This document shows, in pieces, positions 8,596 through 18,679 of a stretch of 64,000 bases of DNA (its first letter is position 1; each line of letters opens with the position of its first letter). Source of the stretch: an uncultured Bacteroidaceae bacterium (GTDB lineage: Bacteria > Bacteroidota > Bacteroidia > Bacteroidales > GCA-2748055); NCBI GenBank assembly GCA_964479445.1, contig CAYZMH010000001.1, positions 181,754 to 245,753 on the forward strand, in the 5' to 3' direction. The notes below the pieces were generated by a model. The model was not told the DNA's origin, made no database searches, and saw only the letters and a program-made list of their open reading frames with translations. The translations under genes were made by a program, and so were the position numbers.

Positions 8596-9330
8596 TTAAT
8601 CAAGGAAGATCCCCATCCTTATTTCAAGCCTGCGGTATAGATCTGTATACTGGTATTTATCATCATTGTAATCAAATTTTTCCGTGTACTGGTTCTTCAT
8701 ATACCTGTACAGGATATTTACATACCATTCATGACTCCCACCCGATGCCAGTTTCAGACCAAGTCCGGCCGTTGCACCCCATCCTCCTTTGTAAATATAT
8801 TCCACGTAATCAAAAGAGTTGCTACTCTTCAGGGGCATGAAATAACCTCCCCTGAACAGCAGGGATGGCCTTATACCTGAGCTGAACAGGTCGTATTCCA
8901 GTTCAAGCAGCAAGGGAAGATGATTCACCCGGAGGAATTCCATGCCGGCAGAGAGTCCGGTATATAATCCGAAATTATTCCTGTACCCCGAACCAACAAG
9001 GATGGAGAATGGAGCAACGTGTTCATTATCTCTCGACCCGGCCAGAAAACCGACAGTGGTATGAAGGTTCCACCCGTTATGATAATCATACAGGAGGATT
9101 TTCCCATGATCCCGGGCGGTTTTTGAAATGTAATCAACCTCTTCCATGGGGAATACCCACCGGTTACCGCATCGATCGGAGATTGTAACGGATACATCCG
9201 TTTTAAGCTCAACGATTTCGCCTTTTATCTCGGATCCCGATTTAAGAACGACTTTATCGTTTTGCTGGGAAAACAGCTGAAGGGAAAGACAAACAAGCAC
9301 CATACCTGTCCAAATGCTCCGTTTTTTCAT
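8596..9330 (-). CDS. secreted hypothetical protein, probably an outer-membrane beta-barrel
   Basis: Signal peptide MKKRSIWTGMVLVCLSLQLFSQQ. The C-terminal half is Gly/Tyr-rich with alternating residues and ends in an aromatic-type tail (RMGIFLD). Confidence 0.55.
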   Translation of the reverse strand: MKKRSIWTGMVLVCLSLQLFSQQNDKVVLKSGSEIKGEIVELKTDVSVTISDRCGNRWVFPMEEVDYISKTARDHGKILLYDYHNGWNLHTTVGFLAGSRDNEHVAPFSILVGSGYRNNFGLYTGLSAGMEFLRVNHLPLLLELEYDLFSSGIRPSLLFRGGYFMPLKSSNSFDYVEYIYKGGWGATAGLGLKLASGGSHEWYVNILYRYMKNQYTEKFDYNDDKYQYTDLYRRLEIRMGIFLD

Positions 9331-9438
9331 AGGAATTCAGTTATCAGGATTTATTATGAGGATGAAAAACATCCCCAAGGGGTTGCGTAATCACGCAACC
9401 GATGAACCGGTCGTTGCATCCTGAATAAAACATACAAA

Positions 9439-10722
9439 ATGAAACGCAAACCGCTGTCATTTGTCCTGCTTTTGGTCCTTATTGTTATTCTTGGTTCATG
9501 CGAAGATCGCCGGTTCCAGACACTGACTGCCAATGTGCCCATTTATATTTCCTGGGATGAATTGAGGAGTTCTTATGGGTTCGATGCATCCAGACCTATT
9601 GAAAAGCCGGGTAAGATCTACTTTAAAGGTCAGGTCGTGTATATTAATGAATACCTTGAGGGAGTTCACCTGGTGGATATTTCAAACCCGGGTGATCCGC
9701 AGAAGATAGGATTCATTAACGTACCTGGAAATATTGATATAGCGATCAAAGACTCCGTGCTCTTCCTGGATAGTTATACCGACCTGCTGCTTGTAGATAT
9801 ATCGGATCCCCGGTCTCCGGAAAAGATCAAGCGTGTGGAGGATGTGTTTGAATACACCCTTCCTGAGTATGATATTGATTATCCCCTTGCAACGATTGAA
9901 GAAGAAAAAGGGGTAGTTATCGGATGGGAAGTGAAACGGCATACCCAGGAAATTCAGCAGCAACCGGTTATATGGCCTTTCTATGAATACCGGATGGATG
10001 CCTCTTCCCTAATGTCTTCAGTCCAGCCCGGGGGAGGTTCAGCTTATGGTGTGGCAGGTTCCATGGCACGATTTCTTACGCATGAGGAGTATCTTTATGT
10101 ACTTGACCAGGAGAGCAGGTTGAAAGTGCTCGAGATTTCAGACATTGATAATCCGTTAATAGTCAGGGAGAAGCATGTTGGATGGGGACTGGAAACATTG
10201 TTCATTCAGGACGCTTACCTTTACATCGGCTCCAGGCAAGGTCTCTACATACTGGACATATCCGATCCGGGGAAACCTCACCAAACCTCTATGTACAGAC
10301 ATATAACCAGTTGTGATCCCGTGGTGGTTCAGGATAATATAGCGTATGTAACCCTCCGTTCCGGAAATCTTTGCGGTGGCACTGAAAACCTGCTTGAGAT
10401 TATCGATATCCAGGATAAATATAATCCTGAAAAAATTACCTCCTACCCTATGACGAAGCCTTATGGATTGGGTGTCAGGAACCAGTTGCTATTTGTTTGC
10501 GAGGGAGAGCATGGATTGGGAATCTATGATGCAAGTGATCTGAATCATATTAAAGAGAACCGGATTGCACTCTTCGGGGAGATTGAAGCAACCGATGTGA
10601 TTCCAATGGATACATTGCTCTTCACCATTGGCGACAGTGGGTTCTATATATATGATTTTTCTGATGCCCAGGAGATTTTCTTATTGAGCAAAATCGAGGT
10701 TGATCGTTCGGAACCGGTATAA
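9439..10722 (+). CDS. LVIVD-repeat lipoprotein (beta-propeller)
   Basis: Lipobox LGSC. Repeated units: VHLVDISNPGDPQKI, LLLVDISDPRSPEKI, LKVLEISDIDNP, LYILDISDPGKPH, LLEIIDIQDKYNPEKI, LGIYDASDLNHI, FYIYDFSDAQEI. Confidence 0.75.
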   Translation: MKRKPLSFVLLLVLIVILGSCEDRRFQTLTANVPIYISWDELRSSYGFDASRPIEKPGKIYFKGQVVYINEYLEGVHLVDISNPGDPQKIGFINVPGNIDIAIKDSVLFLDSYTDLLLVDISDPRSPEKIKRVEDVFEYTLPEYDIDYPLATIEEEKGVVIGWEVKRHTQEIQQQPVIWPFYEYRMDASSLMSSVQPGGGSAYGVAGSMARFLTHEEYLYVLDQESRLKVLEISDIDNPLIVREKHVGWGLETLFIQDAYLYIGSRQGLYILDISDPGKPHQTSMYRHITSCDPVVVQDNIAYVTLRSGNLCGGTENLLEIIDIQDKYNPEKITSYPMTKPYGLGVRNQLLFVCEGEHGLGIYDASDLNHIKENRIALFGEIEATDVIPMDTLLFTIGDSGFYIYDFSDAQEIFLLSKIEVDRSEPV

Positions 10723-10786
10723 TTTCCTGTTTGATAAAAGAGCTATTGAAGCTGAACCGGGGTTTTAAACTTTAGGGTTTTTTGTC

Positions 10787-10794
10787 TACTTTTG
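10787..10794 (+). promoter_or_regulatory. candidate -7 box (TACTTTTG) for ffh-folD
   Basis: Matches TAnnTTTG, 23 nt upstream of ATG 10817. Confidence 0.35.
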
Positions 10795-10816
10795 TGCCAG
10801 AAAATCAAGGACGGTT

Positions 10817-12157
10817 ATGTTTGAGAGTTTATCGGAACGTTTAGAACGATCTTTTAAAATTTTAAAAGGTCAGGGAAGTATTTCTGAGGTCAATGTAGCT
10901 GAAACCCTGAAAGATGTACGTCGGGCATTGCTGGATGCAGACGTTAACTTCAAGATAGCCAAACAGTTTACTGATGAAGTAAAAGAGGAGGCACTGGGTC
11001 AGAAGATACTCAGCTCGGTGAAACCCAACCAGATGATGGTTAAAATCGTCCATGATAAGTTGGCCGATTTGATGGGTGCCGAGAGTGTAGAGGTCGATCT
11101 TAAAGGGAATCCCTCTGTGATACTTGTGGCTGGTTTGCAGGGGTCCGGGAAAACCACTTTTTCGGGCAAGCTGGCCAATCATTTGAAAAGCAAAAAAGGA
11201 CAACAGCCCCTTCTTGTTGCCGGTGACGTGTATCGTCCCGCTGCTATAGATCAGCTAAAGGTACTTGGAGATCAGATACAGGTGCCCGTTTATACGGAAG
11301 ATGGTAATAAAAATCCCGTAAAAATCGCAAAGCAAGCGATCAGGCATGCCAGGGAGAAGGGATTGAATACGGTTATTATCGATACCGCCGGTCGCCTGGC
11401 CATCGATGAAGATATGATGAAGGAAATTGCTGCCATAAAAAGTGCAGTCAATCCTCATGAAGTTCTTTTCGTGGTTGACTCAATGACCGGTCAGGATGCA
11501 GTAAATACAGCCAGAGAGTTTAACAGCAGGCTCGATTTTGACGGGGTTGTCCTTACCAAGCTGGATGGTGACACCCGCGGTGGTGCAGCACTATCCATCA
11601 GGAAGGTGGTTGATAAACCCATCAAATTTGTGGGAACCGGAGAGAAACTGGATGCCCTGGATGTATTCTACCCAAAGCGGATGGCAGACCGAATACTGGG
11701 TATGGGAGATATTGTCTCCCTGGTTGAAAAAGCCCAGGAACAATATGATTCTGACCAGGCTCGCAAGATCCAGAAAAAGCTTGCCAAGAATCAATTTGAT
11801 TTCAATGATTTCATGAGCCAGATTCAGCAGATCAAAAAAATGGGAAATGTAAAAGATCTGGCAGCCATGATTCCCGGTATGGGTAAAGCTCTCAAGAACA
11901 TGGATCTGGATGATGATGCTTTTTCGGGAATTGAAGCCATCATCAACTCCATGACACCAGAAGAGCGCAGCAATCCGTCCCTTCTGAACGGAAGCAGGAG
12001 AGCCCGAATTGCCAGTGGCAGCGGTACATCGGTTACCGAAATAAACCGATTGGTTAAGCAGTTTGACCAGACCCGCAAGATGATGCGCACCATGACTTCA
12101 GGCAAGAGCAAAGGAATGAGCCAGGCGGCTATGAATAACATGATGCGTAAAGGATAA
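10817..12157 (+). CDS. ffh: signal recognition particle protein Ffh
   Basis: [14 protein letters not shown] and [14 protein letters not shown] GTPase motifs, plus a Met-rich M domain at the C-terminus. Confidence 0.95.
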   Translation: MFESLSERLERSFKILKGQGSISEVNVAETLKDVRRALLDADVNFKIAKQFTDEVKEEALGQKILSSVKPNQMMVKIVHDKLADLMGAESVEVDLKGNPSVILVAGLQGSGKTTFSGKLANHLKSKKGQQPLLVAGDVYRPAAIDQLKVLGDQIQVPVYTEDGNKNPVKIAKQAIRHAREKGLNTVIIDTAGRLAIDEDMMKEIAAIKSAVNPHEVLFVVDSMTGQDAVNTAREFNSRLDFDGVVLTKLDGDTRGGAALSIRKVVDKPIKFVGTGEKLDALDVFYPKRMADRILGMGDIVSLVEKAQEQYDSDQARKIQKKLAKNQFDFNDFMSQIQQIKKMGNVKDLAAMIPGMGKALKNMDLDDDAFSGIEAIINSMTPEERSNPSLLNGSRRARIASGSGTSVTEINRLVKQFDQTRKMMRTMTSGKSKGMSQAAMNNMMRKG

Positions 12158-12177
12158 CCCCAAATTTGTACTATACC

Positions 12178-13050
12178 ATGCAACTTATTGACGGAAAAGC
12201 GACAGCAAAAAAGATCAAAGAAGAAATTGCTGTCGAGGTAAATAAATTGACTTCTCAGGGAGAACGGGCTCCCCGCCTGGTCGCGGTACTGGTAGGACAT
12301 GACGGAGGAAGTGAAACCTATGTGTCCTATAAGATGAAAGATTGCGAGGAGGTAGGTTTTTACTCGGGACTTGTGCGATTCGAGGATGACGTGGACCAGG
12401 AGACCCTTCTGAAAAAAATCAGCGAATTGAATCAGGATCCGGAAACAGATGGTTTTATAGTACAACTCCCTCTTCCCGGTCACATCGACGAACAGAAGAT
12501 CATCGAAGCGATCGATCCGGACAAAGATGTGGACGGTTTCCATCCCGTGAATATGGGAAAAACGGTGATCGGACTCCCCTCTTTCATATCAGCCACCCCT
12601 TTTGGGATTATAGAATTGATCCGGCGTTACAATATAGAAACCTCGGGGAAAAACTGTGTCATTGTCGGTAGAAGCAATATAGTGGGAAGACCCCTCAGTA
12701 TTCTTATGTCCCAGAAGAGCATCAACGCAACGGTTACTGTGGCTCACAGTCGAACCAAAGAACTGGGCGATGTTTGCAGTCGTGCTGATATTCTGGTTGC
12801 AGCCCTGGGTTCACCGGGATTTATTACCGAAGAGATGGTTAAACCGGGTGCCGTTGTGATCGATGTAGGCACCACACGTGTTAAGAGTGATAAGACTAAA
12901 AGCGGATTTCGTTTAAAAGGAGATGTCGATTTCAACCAGGTGGCCCCCAAATGCTCCTATATAACACCTGTACCCGGAGGTGTTGGTCCAATGACCCGGG
13001 TATCCCTGTTAAGCAATACACTGAAGGCCTATAAGAGGCAACTGAAATAG
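12178..13050 (+). CDS. folD: bifunctional methylenetetrahydrofolate dehydrogenase / methenyl-THF cyclohydrolase
   Basis: [16 protein letters not shown] ..., [33 protein letters not shown]. Start at ATG 12178. Confidence 0.95.
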   Translation: MQLIDGKATAKKIKEEIAVEVNKLTSQGERAPRLVAVLVGHDGGSETYVSYKMKDCEEVGFYSGLVRFEDDVDQETLLKKISELNQDPETDGFIVQLPLPGHIDEQKIIEAIDPDKDVDGFHPVNMGKTVIGLPSFISATPFGIIELIRRYNIETSGKNCVIVGRSNIVGRPLSILMSQKSINATVTVAHSRTKELGDVCSRADILVAALGSPGFITEEMVKPGAVVIDVGTTRVKSDKTKSGFRLKGDVDFNQVAPKCSYITPVPGGVGPMTRVSLLSNTLKAYKRQLK

Positions 13051-13061
13051 CCCGCCTGCCG

Positions 13062-14843
13062 TTACATTCGCTCAGGGACCTCAATACCCAGCAACTCCAT
13101 GCCTTTTTGAATGGTATCCCCTGCTATTCTTGTAAGCAGCAGCCGGTAAGAAACCAGCAAGTCCGATTCGGCGCTGAGAATGCTATGATCATGATAAAAC
13201 TGGTTGAACTCTTTTGCCAGGTCATAGAGATAGTTTGCAAGATAGGAAGGATTGTAGGCCGAAGCAGATTGGGTAACGATCTCCGGAAAGTCGTACAACA
13301 ACCTGATAACATCCAGCTCCTTTTCGATGGGCTCAATGCCTGCTATATCTGTCTTTTGCTCTCCTGCTTTTCTGAGAACACTGCGTATGCGGGCATATGT
13401 GTATTGAATAAACGGACCGGTATTGCCATTGAAATCGATGGATTCGGCAGGATTGAAGGTCATATTCTTTTTTGGATCCACCTTGAGGATGAAATATTTT
13501 AATGCTGCCAGTCCGATTTGCTGGTAGATCTTCTCCTTTTCTTCATCACCATAATCCTCCAGCTTACCCAATTCAGCAGACATCCTACGGGCAGTAGCAA
13601 CCATCTCATCCACCAGATCATCGGCATCCACCACGGTGCCTTCCCGGGATTTCATTTTGCCTTCAGGTAACTCTACCATACCATAGGACAGGTGGTAGAG
13701 CCTGTCAGCCCAATCAAATCCCAGTTTGTCAAGCACCATGGAGAGTACCTGGAAATGGTAGTTCTGTTCATTCCCCACAACATATACATGATGATCAAAC
13801 TCAAATTCATTATAGCGCTGATGGGCCGTTCCAATATCCTGGGTCATATATACGGATGTGCCATCGGACCGGAGAAGAAGTTTTCGATCAAGTTTTCGAT
13901 CGGTAAAGTCGGCCCACACCGAGCCATCAGGCTCTTTTTCCAGGATCCCCTGCTCCAATCCCTGCAGGACAATATTTTTACCTAATTTGTAGGTCTCCGA
14001 TTCGTAATATGTTTTATCGAATTGGATTCCCAGCCTGTTGTAGGTCTCTTCGAATCCCTGGTAGACCCAATCATTCATAGTCTGCCATAACCGGGTAACC
14101 TCCGAATCTCCCGCTTCCCATTTTCGCAGCATTTCACGTGCCTCTTCCAGTATAGGAGCTGTTGCTTCTGCCTCTTTTGGGTCCTTACCCCTGGCTTTCA
14201 TTTCTTCTATCTCTCGCTTGTACCGGGTGTCAAATAGCACATAGTACTTTCCTACAAGATGATCCCCTTTCAATCCCGAGGACTCCGGTGTTTCTCCTTT
14301 ACCCCATTTCTTCCAGGCCAGCATTGATTTACAGATATGGATACCCCGATCATTCACCAGGTTTACCTTAACAACCTTTGAACCTGCGGCTTCAAGGATC
14401 CTTGAAACAGATGAACCCAGCAGGTTGTTTCTGATATGACCCAGGTGCAAGGGTTTATTGGTATTCGGCGAAGAAAACTCCACTACTTCTAAAGGAGCGT
14501 TCTCTTCTTCCTTTTTCAACCCGTAATGTTGATCCGAGACCGCTTCTTCCAGGAAAGATATCCAATACCCTCCGGTAAGACTAAGGTTCAGGAATCCTTT
14601 AATTACATTGTACTCCTTTACATAATTTAGATGACTTACAAGATAATCCCCCAGGGCCTGACCTGTGGCTTCCGGGGCGCTTCTTGATATCTTAACCAGT
14701 GGAAATACAACAACGGTGAAATTCCCTTCGAACTCCTGCCTTGTTTTTTGAACCTGGACTTTCTCCGGATCAATATCCGCATTCCACAATCTTTTGGCAG
14801 CCTCCGCGACTGTTTGCTCCAGGATATATTCTATTCTCTGCAT
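13062..14843 (-). CDS. argS: arginine--tRNA ligase
   Basis: 593 aa. Class I HIGH-type motif SPNTNKPLHLGHIRN and an MSREG (KMSKS-like) motif. The C-terminal anticodon-binding domain ends in ...PERM. Confidence 0.95.
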   Translation of the reverse strand: MQRIEYILEQTVAEAAKRLWNADIDPEKVQVQKTRQEFEGNFTVVVFPLVKISRSAPEATGQALGDYLVSHLNYVKEYNVIKGFLNLSLTGGYWISFLEEAVSDQHYGLKKEEENAPLEVVEFSSPNTNKPLHLGHIRNNLLGSSVSRILEAAGSKVVKVNLVNDRGIHICKSMLAWKKWGKGETPESSGLKGDHLVGKYYVLFDTRYKREIEEMKARGKDPKEAEATAPILEEAREMLRKWEAGDSEVTRLWQTMNDWVYQGFEETYNRLGIQFDKTYYESETYKLGKNIVLQGLEQGILEKEPDGSVWADFTDRKLDRKLLLRSDGTSVYMTQDIGTAHQRYNEFEFDHHVYVVGNEQNYHFQVLSMVLDKLGFDWADRLYHLSYGMVELPEGKMKSREGTVVDADDLVDEMVATARRMSAELGKLEDYGDEEKEKIYQQIGLAALKYFILKVDPKKNMTFNPAESIDFNGNTGPFIQYTYARIRSVLRKAGEQKTDIAGIEPIEKELDVIRLLYDFPEIVTQSASAYNPSYLANYLYDLAKEFNQFYHDHSILSAESDLLVSYRLLLTRIAGDTIQKGMELLGIEVPERM

Positions 14844-14863
14844 AGTTTTTTAAAATTGATAGG

Positions 14864-14871
14864 CAAAGATA
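14864..14871 (-). promoter_or_regulatory. candidate -7 box (TATCTTTG) for argS
   Basis: Plus-strand CAAAGATA, 21 nt upstream of ATG 14843 and directly downstream of the minus-strand terminator at 14884-14913. Confidence 0.4.
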
Positions 14872-14883
14872 GCAAAGTTGCAT

Positions 14884-14913
14884 AAAAAAAGCCCCCCGGG
14901 AAGACCGGGGAGC
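14884..14913 (-). terminator. intrinsic terminator (minus strand) upstream of argS
   Basis: Stem CCCCGG/CCGGGG (14894-14899 / 14905-14910) with flanking GC pairs and loop GAAGA. T7 follows on the minus strand (A7 at 14884-14890 on plus). Confidence 0.55.
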
Positions 14914-15262
14914 TTTAATAACTAAACTAACCCTAAAACTAAATCTATGAAAAGAAAAAACTACATATTTCGATGCATTTCGATGCTTTCATGGTGTTTT
15001 CTGAAAACAAACTGAATACTTTTAAATTTCTGTAAATCAAAGATCTTTTACTATTTAAACGCAACAGAAAAAAAAATGTTGCATAAATGGTTCATTTTTT
15101 CTATTAAAAAATGTTAAACTAATTTAACTGTTGAAATACAGTATTTTATGCAAATATCTCCATCCATTCCCATGCTAATATCCTGTCAGAGTTGGTTTCA
15201 TTGTGAATTGTTTCGTTACTTTGTATAAAGAGACCCAAAAGCAGGTTTGTTTAGTTTCGGAA

Positions 15263-16381
15263 ATGGAAAAACTGCATCTTGTATCTTTCAATGTGCCCTA
15301 CCCTCCCAATTATGGTGGAATAATTGACGTTTTTTATAAAATCAAATCTCTTCACCGGGCAGGTGTCGGTATCATACTGCACTGTTTCAGTTATGGAAGA
15401 CAACATGCCAAAGAACTGGAGGAGTTTTGTGAAAAAGTGTTCTATTATGACCGCCTGAGCGGGATGAAATTTTTCTTAAGGAAACCTCCATACATTGTTG
15501 CTACAAGAACTTCAAATACCATGCCGAAGAATCTGTTATCGGATAATCACCCGGTTTTATTTGAAGGATTGCACACTACAGCAATGCTGGAGTCATGCAG
15601 GAAAGCAGGGAAATTCAGTATGGTAAGGACCCACAACATCGAGCACAATTATTATCTTCAGCTATCACGCAGTGAACGCAATTTTTTTAGCAAGACTTAC
15701 TTACGCATGGAGTCCAACAAGCTTAAGAGATATGAAAACATCTTAAGCGATGCAGATTCCATACTTGCCATATCCAAAACCGACACCCGCTATTTTCAAA
15801 ACCATTACGGTAATGCCCATTTTATTCCAGCTTTTCATCAATATGACAAGATTTCGGTTCCATCGGGCAAAGGAGATTTCATATTGGTGCACGGGAATCT
15901 TGCCGTTCCGGAAAACAAGCGTTCTGTACTTTTTTTAATCAGAAATATCCTTTCAAAGATCAGTAATTACCGGGTGATTATAGCAGGTAAAAATCCGGGG
16001 CGGCTGCTGGAAAATCGTTGCAATAAATATCCTCATATTGAATTATACCCCAATCCGGATAACACGGCAATGGAGGACCTGGTGAGAGAAGCCCATATAA
16101 ATCTGTTATATACAGCACAGCCTACCGGTTTGAAATTAAAACTGCTGCACAGTTTATATGCCGGGAGGCACTGCATAGCCAATCCTCTTATGGTAAGTGG
16201 AAGCGGACTGGATGAATTGTGTCATCTTTTTAACATGCCTTCTCAAGCTATTCAGCTGATAGAACAGTTGATGCAACAGCCCGTTCCGAATGATGAAATA
16301 GAACTGAGGAGCCGGGTTCTTGCTGATTTCGACACCGACACAAGCGCCAGGAAGATTATTGATTTGATGGACCGGATTTAA
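15263..16381 (+). CDS. glycosyltransferase (GT-B fold, GT4-like)
   Basis: MEKLHLVSFNVPYPPNYGGIIDVFYKIKSL resembles a Bacteroidota glycosyltransferase/mannosyltransferase family, but the family assignment is tentative. Start at ATG 15263, inside ORF 15203..16381. Confidence 0.6.
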   Translation: MEKLHLVSFNVPYPPNYGGIIDVFYKIKSLHRAGVGIILHCFSYGRQHAKELEEFCEKVFYYDRLSGMKFFLRKPPYIVATRTSNTMPKNLLSDNHPVLFEGLHTTAMLESCRKAGKFSMVRTHNIEHNYYLQLSRSERNFFSKTYLRMESNKLKRYENILSDADSILAISKTDTRYFQNHYGNAHFIPAFHQYDKISVPSGKGDFILVHGNLAVPENKRSVLFLIRNILSKISNYRVIIAGKNPGRLLENRCNKYPHIELYPNPDNTAMEDLVREAHINLLYTAQPTGLKLKLLHSLYAGRHCIANPLMVSGSGLDELCHLFNMPSQAIQLIEQLMQQPVPNDEIELRSRVLADFDTDTSARKIIDLMDRI

Positions 16382-16608
16382 TCATCTTTCTTATCCCTGT
16401 CTCCCCTGTCCAATATCGCAAAAATAAGCACCACCACAGCTGCTGCTGCAAGGACAACCATCAAAGACTGAAACATTCGTTTGATGAGATACCTGTATTC
16501 AATAATATCCCATATTGCAAGAATGGCTATGACAGAGAAGAGTAAGACCAGCGCGGATAGTACATATGCAACGATCTTTCGTGCACCTGAAGAACTTGAT
16601 TGAGGCAT
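16378..16608 (-). CDS. small two-TM membrane protein, last gene of the ABC operon
   Basis: 76 aa with two hydrophobic helices (IVAYVLSALVLLFSVIAILAIW and SLMVVLAAAAVVVLIFAIL) and an acidic/basic tail. It lies 33 nt downstream of the ATPase gene on the same strand. Confidence 0.5.
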   Translation of the reverse strand: MPQSSSSGARKIVAYVLSALVLLFSVIAILAIWDIIEYRYLIKRMFQSLMVVLAAAAVVVLIFAILDRGDRDKKDD

Positions 16609-16641
16609 AGGATTTATCTTTTACAAAAACAAAGTACGGAA

Positions 16642-17655
16642 TTATTCGATACGGGTCAAGTAATGCAGCATTGCGTATATGGTTTGAAAAATGAACGACC
16701 GGTTCGGAGTGATGACATTCCACTCATAATCTCCCCCTGATGATCTTGTAACCTGGCATTGCAGGGAGATGTCCCCTTTTTTGCGAATTACGGAATATCC
16801 GGCCCGTTGCAGGGCTCGCTCGGTCCACAGGTAACACTCCTCATCGGATGATTTAAGATAAATGGATCTATTCTCCTCCACGGGCGATTTGTATTGCATG
16901 GTATGCTGATCAAAATAGAGGTGTTGATCCCGAAACAACTCGTTGAAAACCCCTTTTAGCCCCAGGTCTTCGGTTCCACCTTCGATAAGACCCCTTTCGT
17001 GTATTACCCAGAATTTGTCGGCAAACCGACTGGCGGTTTCAATATCATGGGTGGAGAAGAGTATCGATTTTCCCAGCGACTTCATGGATGTGAGCACCTG
17101 CATTATACCGTACCGGTTTGGAATATCCAGGAAAGCCATGGGTTCATCAAGAATAAGGAATGGCGTATCCTGGGCAAGGGCCCTGGCTATCATAACCCGT
17201 TGACGCTCTCCATCGCTAAGTCTCTGGATGCCGGCTTCTTCAAACCTCTCCATCCCTACAAAATGTAATGATTCTTTAACGACTGCTCTGTCCTCTTCAC
17301 GCAAGCGGCCCCACCAGTTGGTGTATGGATACCTGCCAAGAGAAACCAATTCGAAAACGGTTAGATTTTCAGTCCAGTTGCTTCCGGCCGAAACATAGCT
17401 GATGGTGAACGCCTTTGACCGGTTTGATATCTTATTTGCAGGACTCTTATTAATCAAAATCGATCCCTCCAGCGGATTCAGTAGCCCATTCAAACATCGT
17501 AATAATGAGGTTTTACCGGCCCCATTTCGACCGGCCAGGGCAATGATTTCTCCGTTATTAAGCGTTGCACTGGCGTGATGAATGAGGGGTTCGTCTTTCT
17601 TATATCCGATTGTGATGTTATCGAGAATAACTCCTATTTCTTCTCTGTCATTCAT
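16642..17655 (-). CDS. ABC transporter ATP-binding protein (FepC/BtuD/HmuV type) with an extra C-terminal domain
   Basis: Walker A GRNGAGKTS, signature LSDGERQRV, Walker B FLILDEP, H-loop STHD. About 80 additional C-terminal residues. The start overlaps the permease stop by 1 nt (TAATG). Confidence 0.9.
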   Translation of the reverse strand: MNDREEIGVILDNITIGYKKDEPLIHHASATLNNGEIIALAGRNGAGKTSLLRCLNGLLNPLEGSILINKSPANKISNRSKAFTISYVSAGSNWTENLTVFELVSLGRYPYTNWWGRLREEDRAVVKESLHFVGMERFEEAGIQRLSDGERQRVMIARALAQDTPFLILDEPMAFLDIPNRYGIMQVLTSMKSLGKSILFSTHDIETASRFADKFWVIHERGLIEGGTEDLGLKGVFNELFRDQHLYFDQHTMQYKSPVEENRSIYLKSSDEECYLWTERALQRAGYSVIRKKGDISLQCQVTRSSGGDYEWNVITPNRSFIFQTIYAMLHYLTRIE

Positions 17656-18677
17656 TATGTTTTACTCAGACTCCTGTTTTGTAAAATAACCCAGACAACT
17701 ACCGGTATGCCGATAAGGGAGGTGATTGCATTAAGAGGCAATACCCGCTCACTTCCTGGCAATTGCGATACAATATCACTGATGAGCAACACAATCATAC
17801 CCATGATTGCAGTTGATGGTAGCAGATAACGCAGGTCGTTGCGCCTGATGACAAAACGGGTAATATGGGGAACCGCGATCCCCACAAACCCGACCGGTCC
17901 GCAAAAAGCAGCAATGGTGCCGGCAAGAATGCTGGTGCTGAGGAATACAAGCAACCGCGTGCTGATTACCTGGACACCCATACTCCGTGCATAACTCTCC
18001 CCAAGCATCATGGCATTCAGAGGTTTCACAGCCAGCAAGGCAACAAGCAATCCCGTTAATACAGAGAGGGTCAGAATAACCAGGCTTTCCCCGGTAACAT
18101 TGGTCAGACTTCCCATACTCCATATAACAAATGATTTCAGCGAATCGGCAGGTCCCACATATTGCAGGATGCTAATAATTGCACCGAGTGCCCCGCTGAA
18201 CATGATTCCAAGAATCAGGATGGTCATGATGCTTCGCACTCGCAGTGTAACCAGTAGAATAAGCATCATAACGGAAGCTGCCCCGACCCATGCGGCAGCT
18301 ACAATTCCCAGTTCTGAAAGAATACCGCTCATCAGTACTCCGTTTCCCAGTACCACGATGGCTACACCCAGGCTGGCTCCGGAACTGATTCCCAGTATAT
18401 AGGGACCGGCAAGCGGGTTCCTGAAGAGTGTCTGCATCTGCAACCCGCTGAGAGAAAGCGCGGTTCCGGCTAAAATTGCCGTTAGTGCCCTGGGTAGTCT
18501 GAATTCTGAGAAGATGGTTAGCTCAGTTCCGGTAAGCGACTTGATTCCTGTTATATGCCTTAGGATCCTGTAAAAAGGGATCTGCATGGTTCCCAGTGAT
18601 AGATCCAGGAGAAAAACAATCATAAGCAGGATGAGGAGCGTTGTAAAGCGCCATCTGAACTGGTTTTCTCTACTCAA
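17655..18677 (-). CDS. FecCD-family ABC permease (iron-siderophore / heme / cobalamin type)
   Basis: 340 aa with about 9-10 TM helices. FRNPLAGPYILGISSGASLG and LPLNAITSLIGIPVVVWVIL are typical of FecCD/BtuC. Confidence 0.9.
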   Translation of the reverse strand: MSRENQFRWRFTTLLILLMIVFLLDLSLGTMQIPFYRILRHITGIKSLTGTELTIFSEFRLPRALTAILAGTALSLSGLQMQTLFRNPLAGPYILGISSGASLGVAIVVLGNGVLMSGILSELGIVAAAWVGAASVMMLILLVTLRVRSIMTILILGIMFSGALGAIISILQYVGPADSLKSFVIWSMGSLTNVTGESLVILTLSVLTGLLVALLAVKPLNAMMLGESYARSMGVQVISTRLLVFLSTSILAGTIAAFCGPVGFVGIAVPHITRFVIRRNDLRYLLPSTAIMGMIVLLISDIVSQLPGSERVLPLNAITSLIGIPVVVWVILQNRSLSKT

Positions 18678-18679
18678 GA

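Noticed and set aside
11824-12543. 239-aa minus-strand ORF spanning the ffh/folD junction
   Set aside because: It overlaps two well-supported plus-strand genes and crosses their intergenic spacer. No motifs.
14943-15011. Mini-ORFs of 15-22 codons on both strands next to the ACTAA-repeat loci (MKRKNYIFRCISMLSWCFLKTN on plus, MKASKCIEICSFFFS on minus; similar at 54333-54398)
   Set aside because: They are too short and not similar between the two loci, and I cannot evaluate any ribosome-binding context. They are mentioned only as something ribosome profiling could test.
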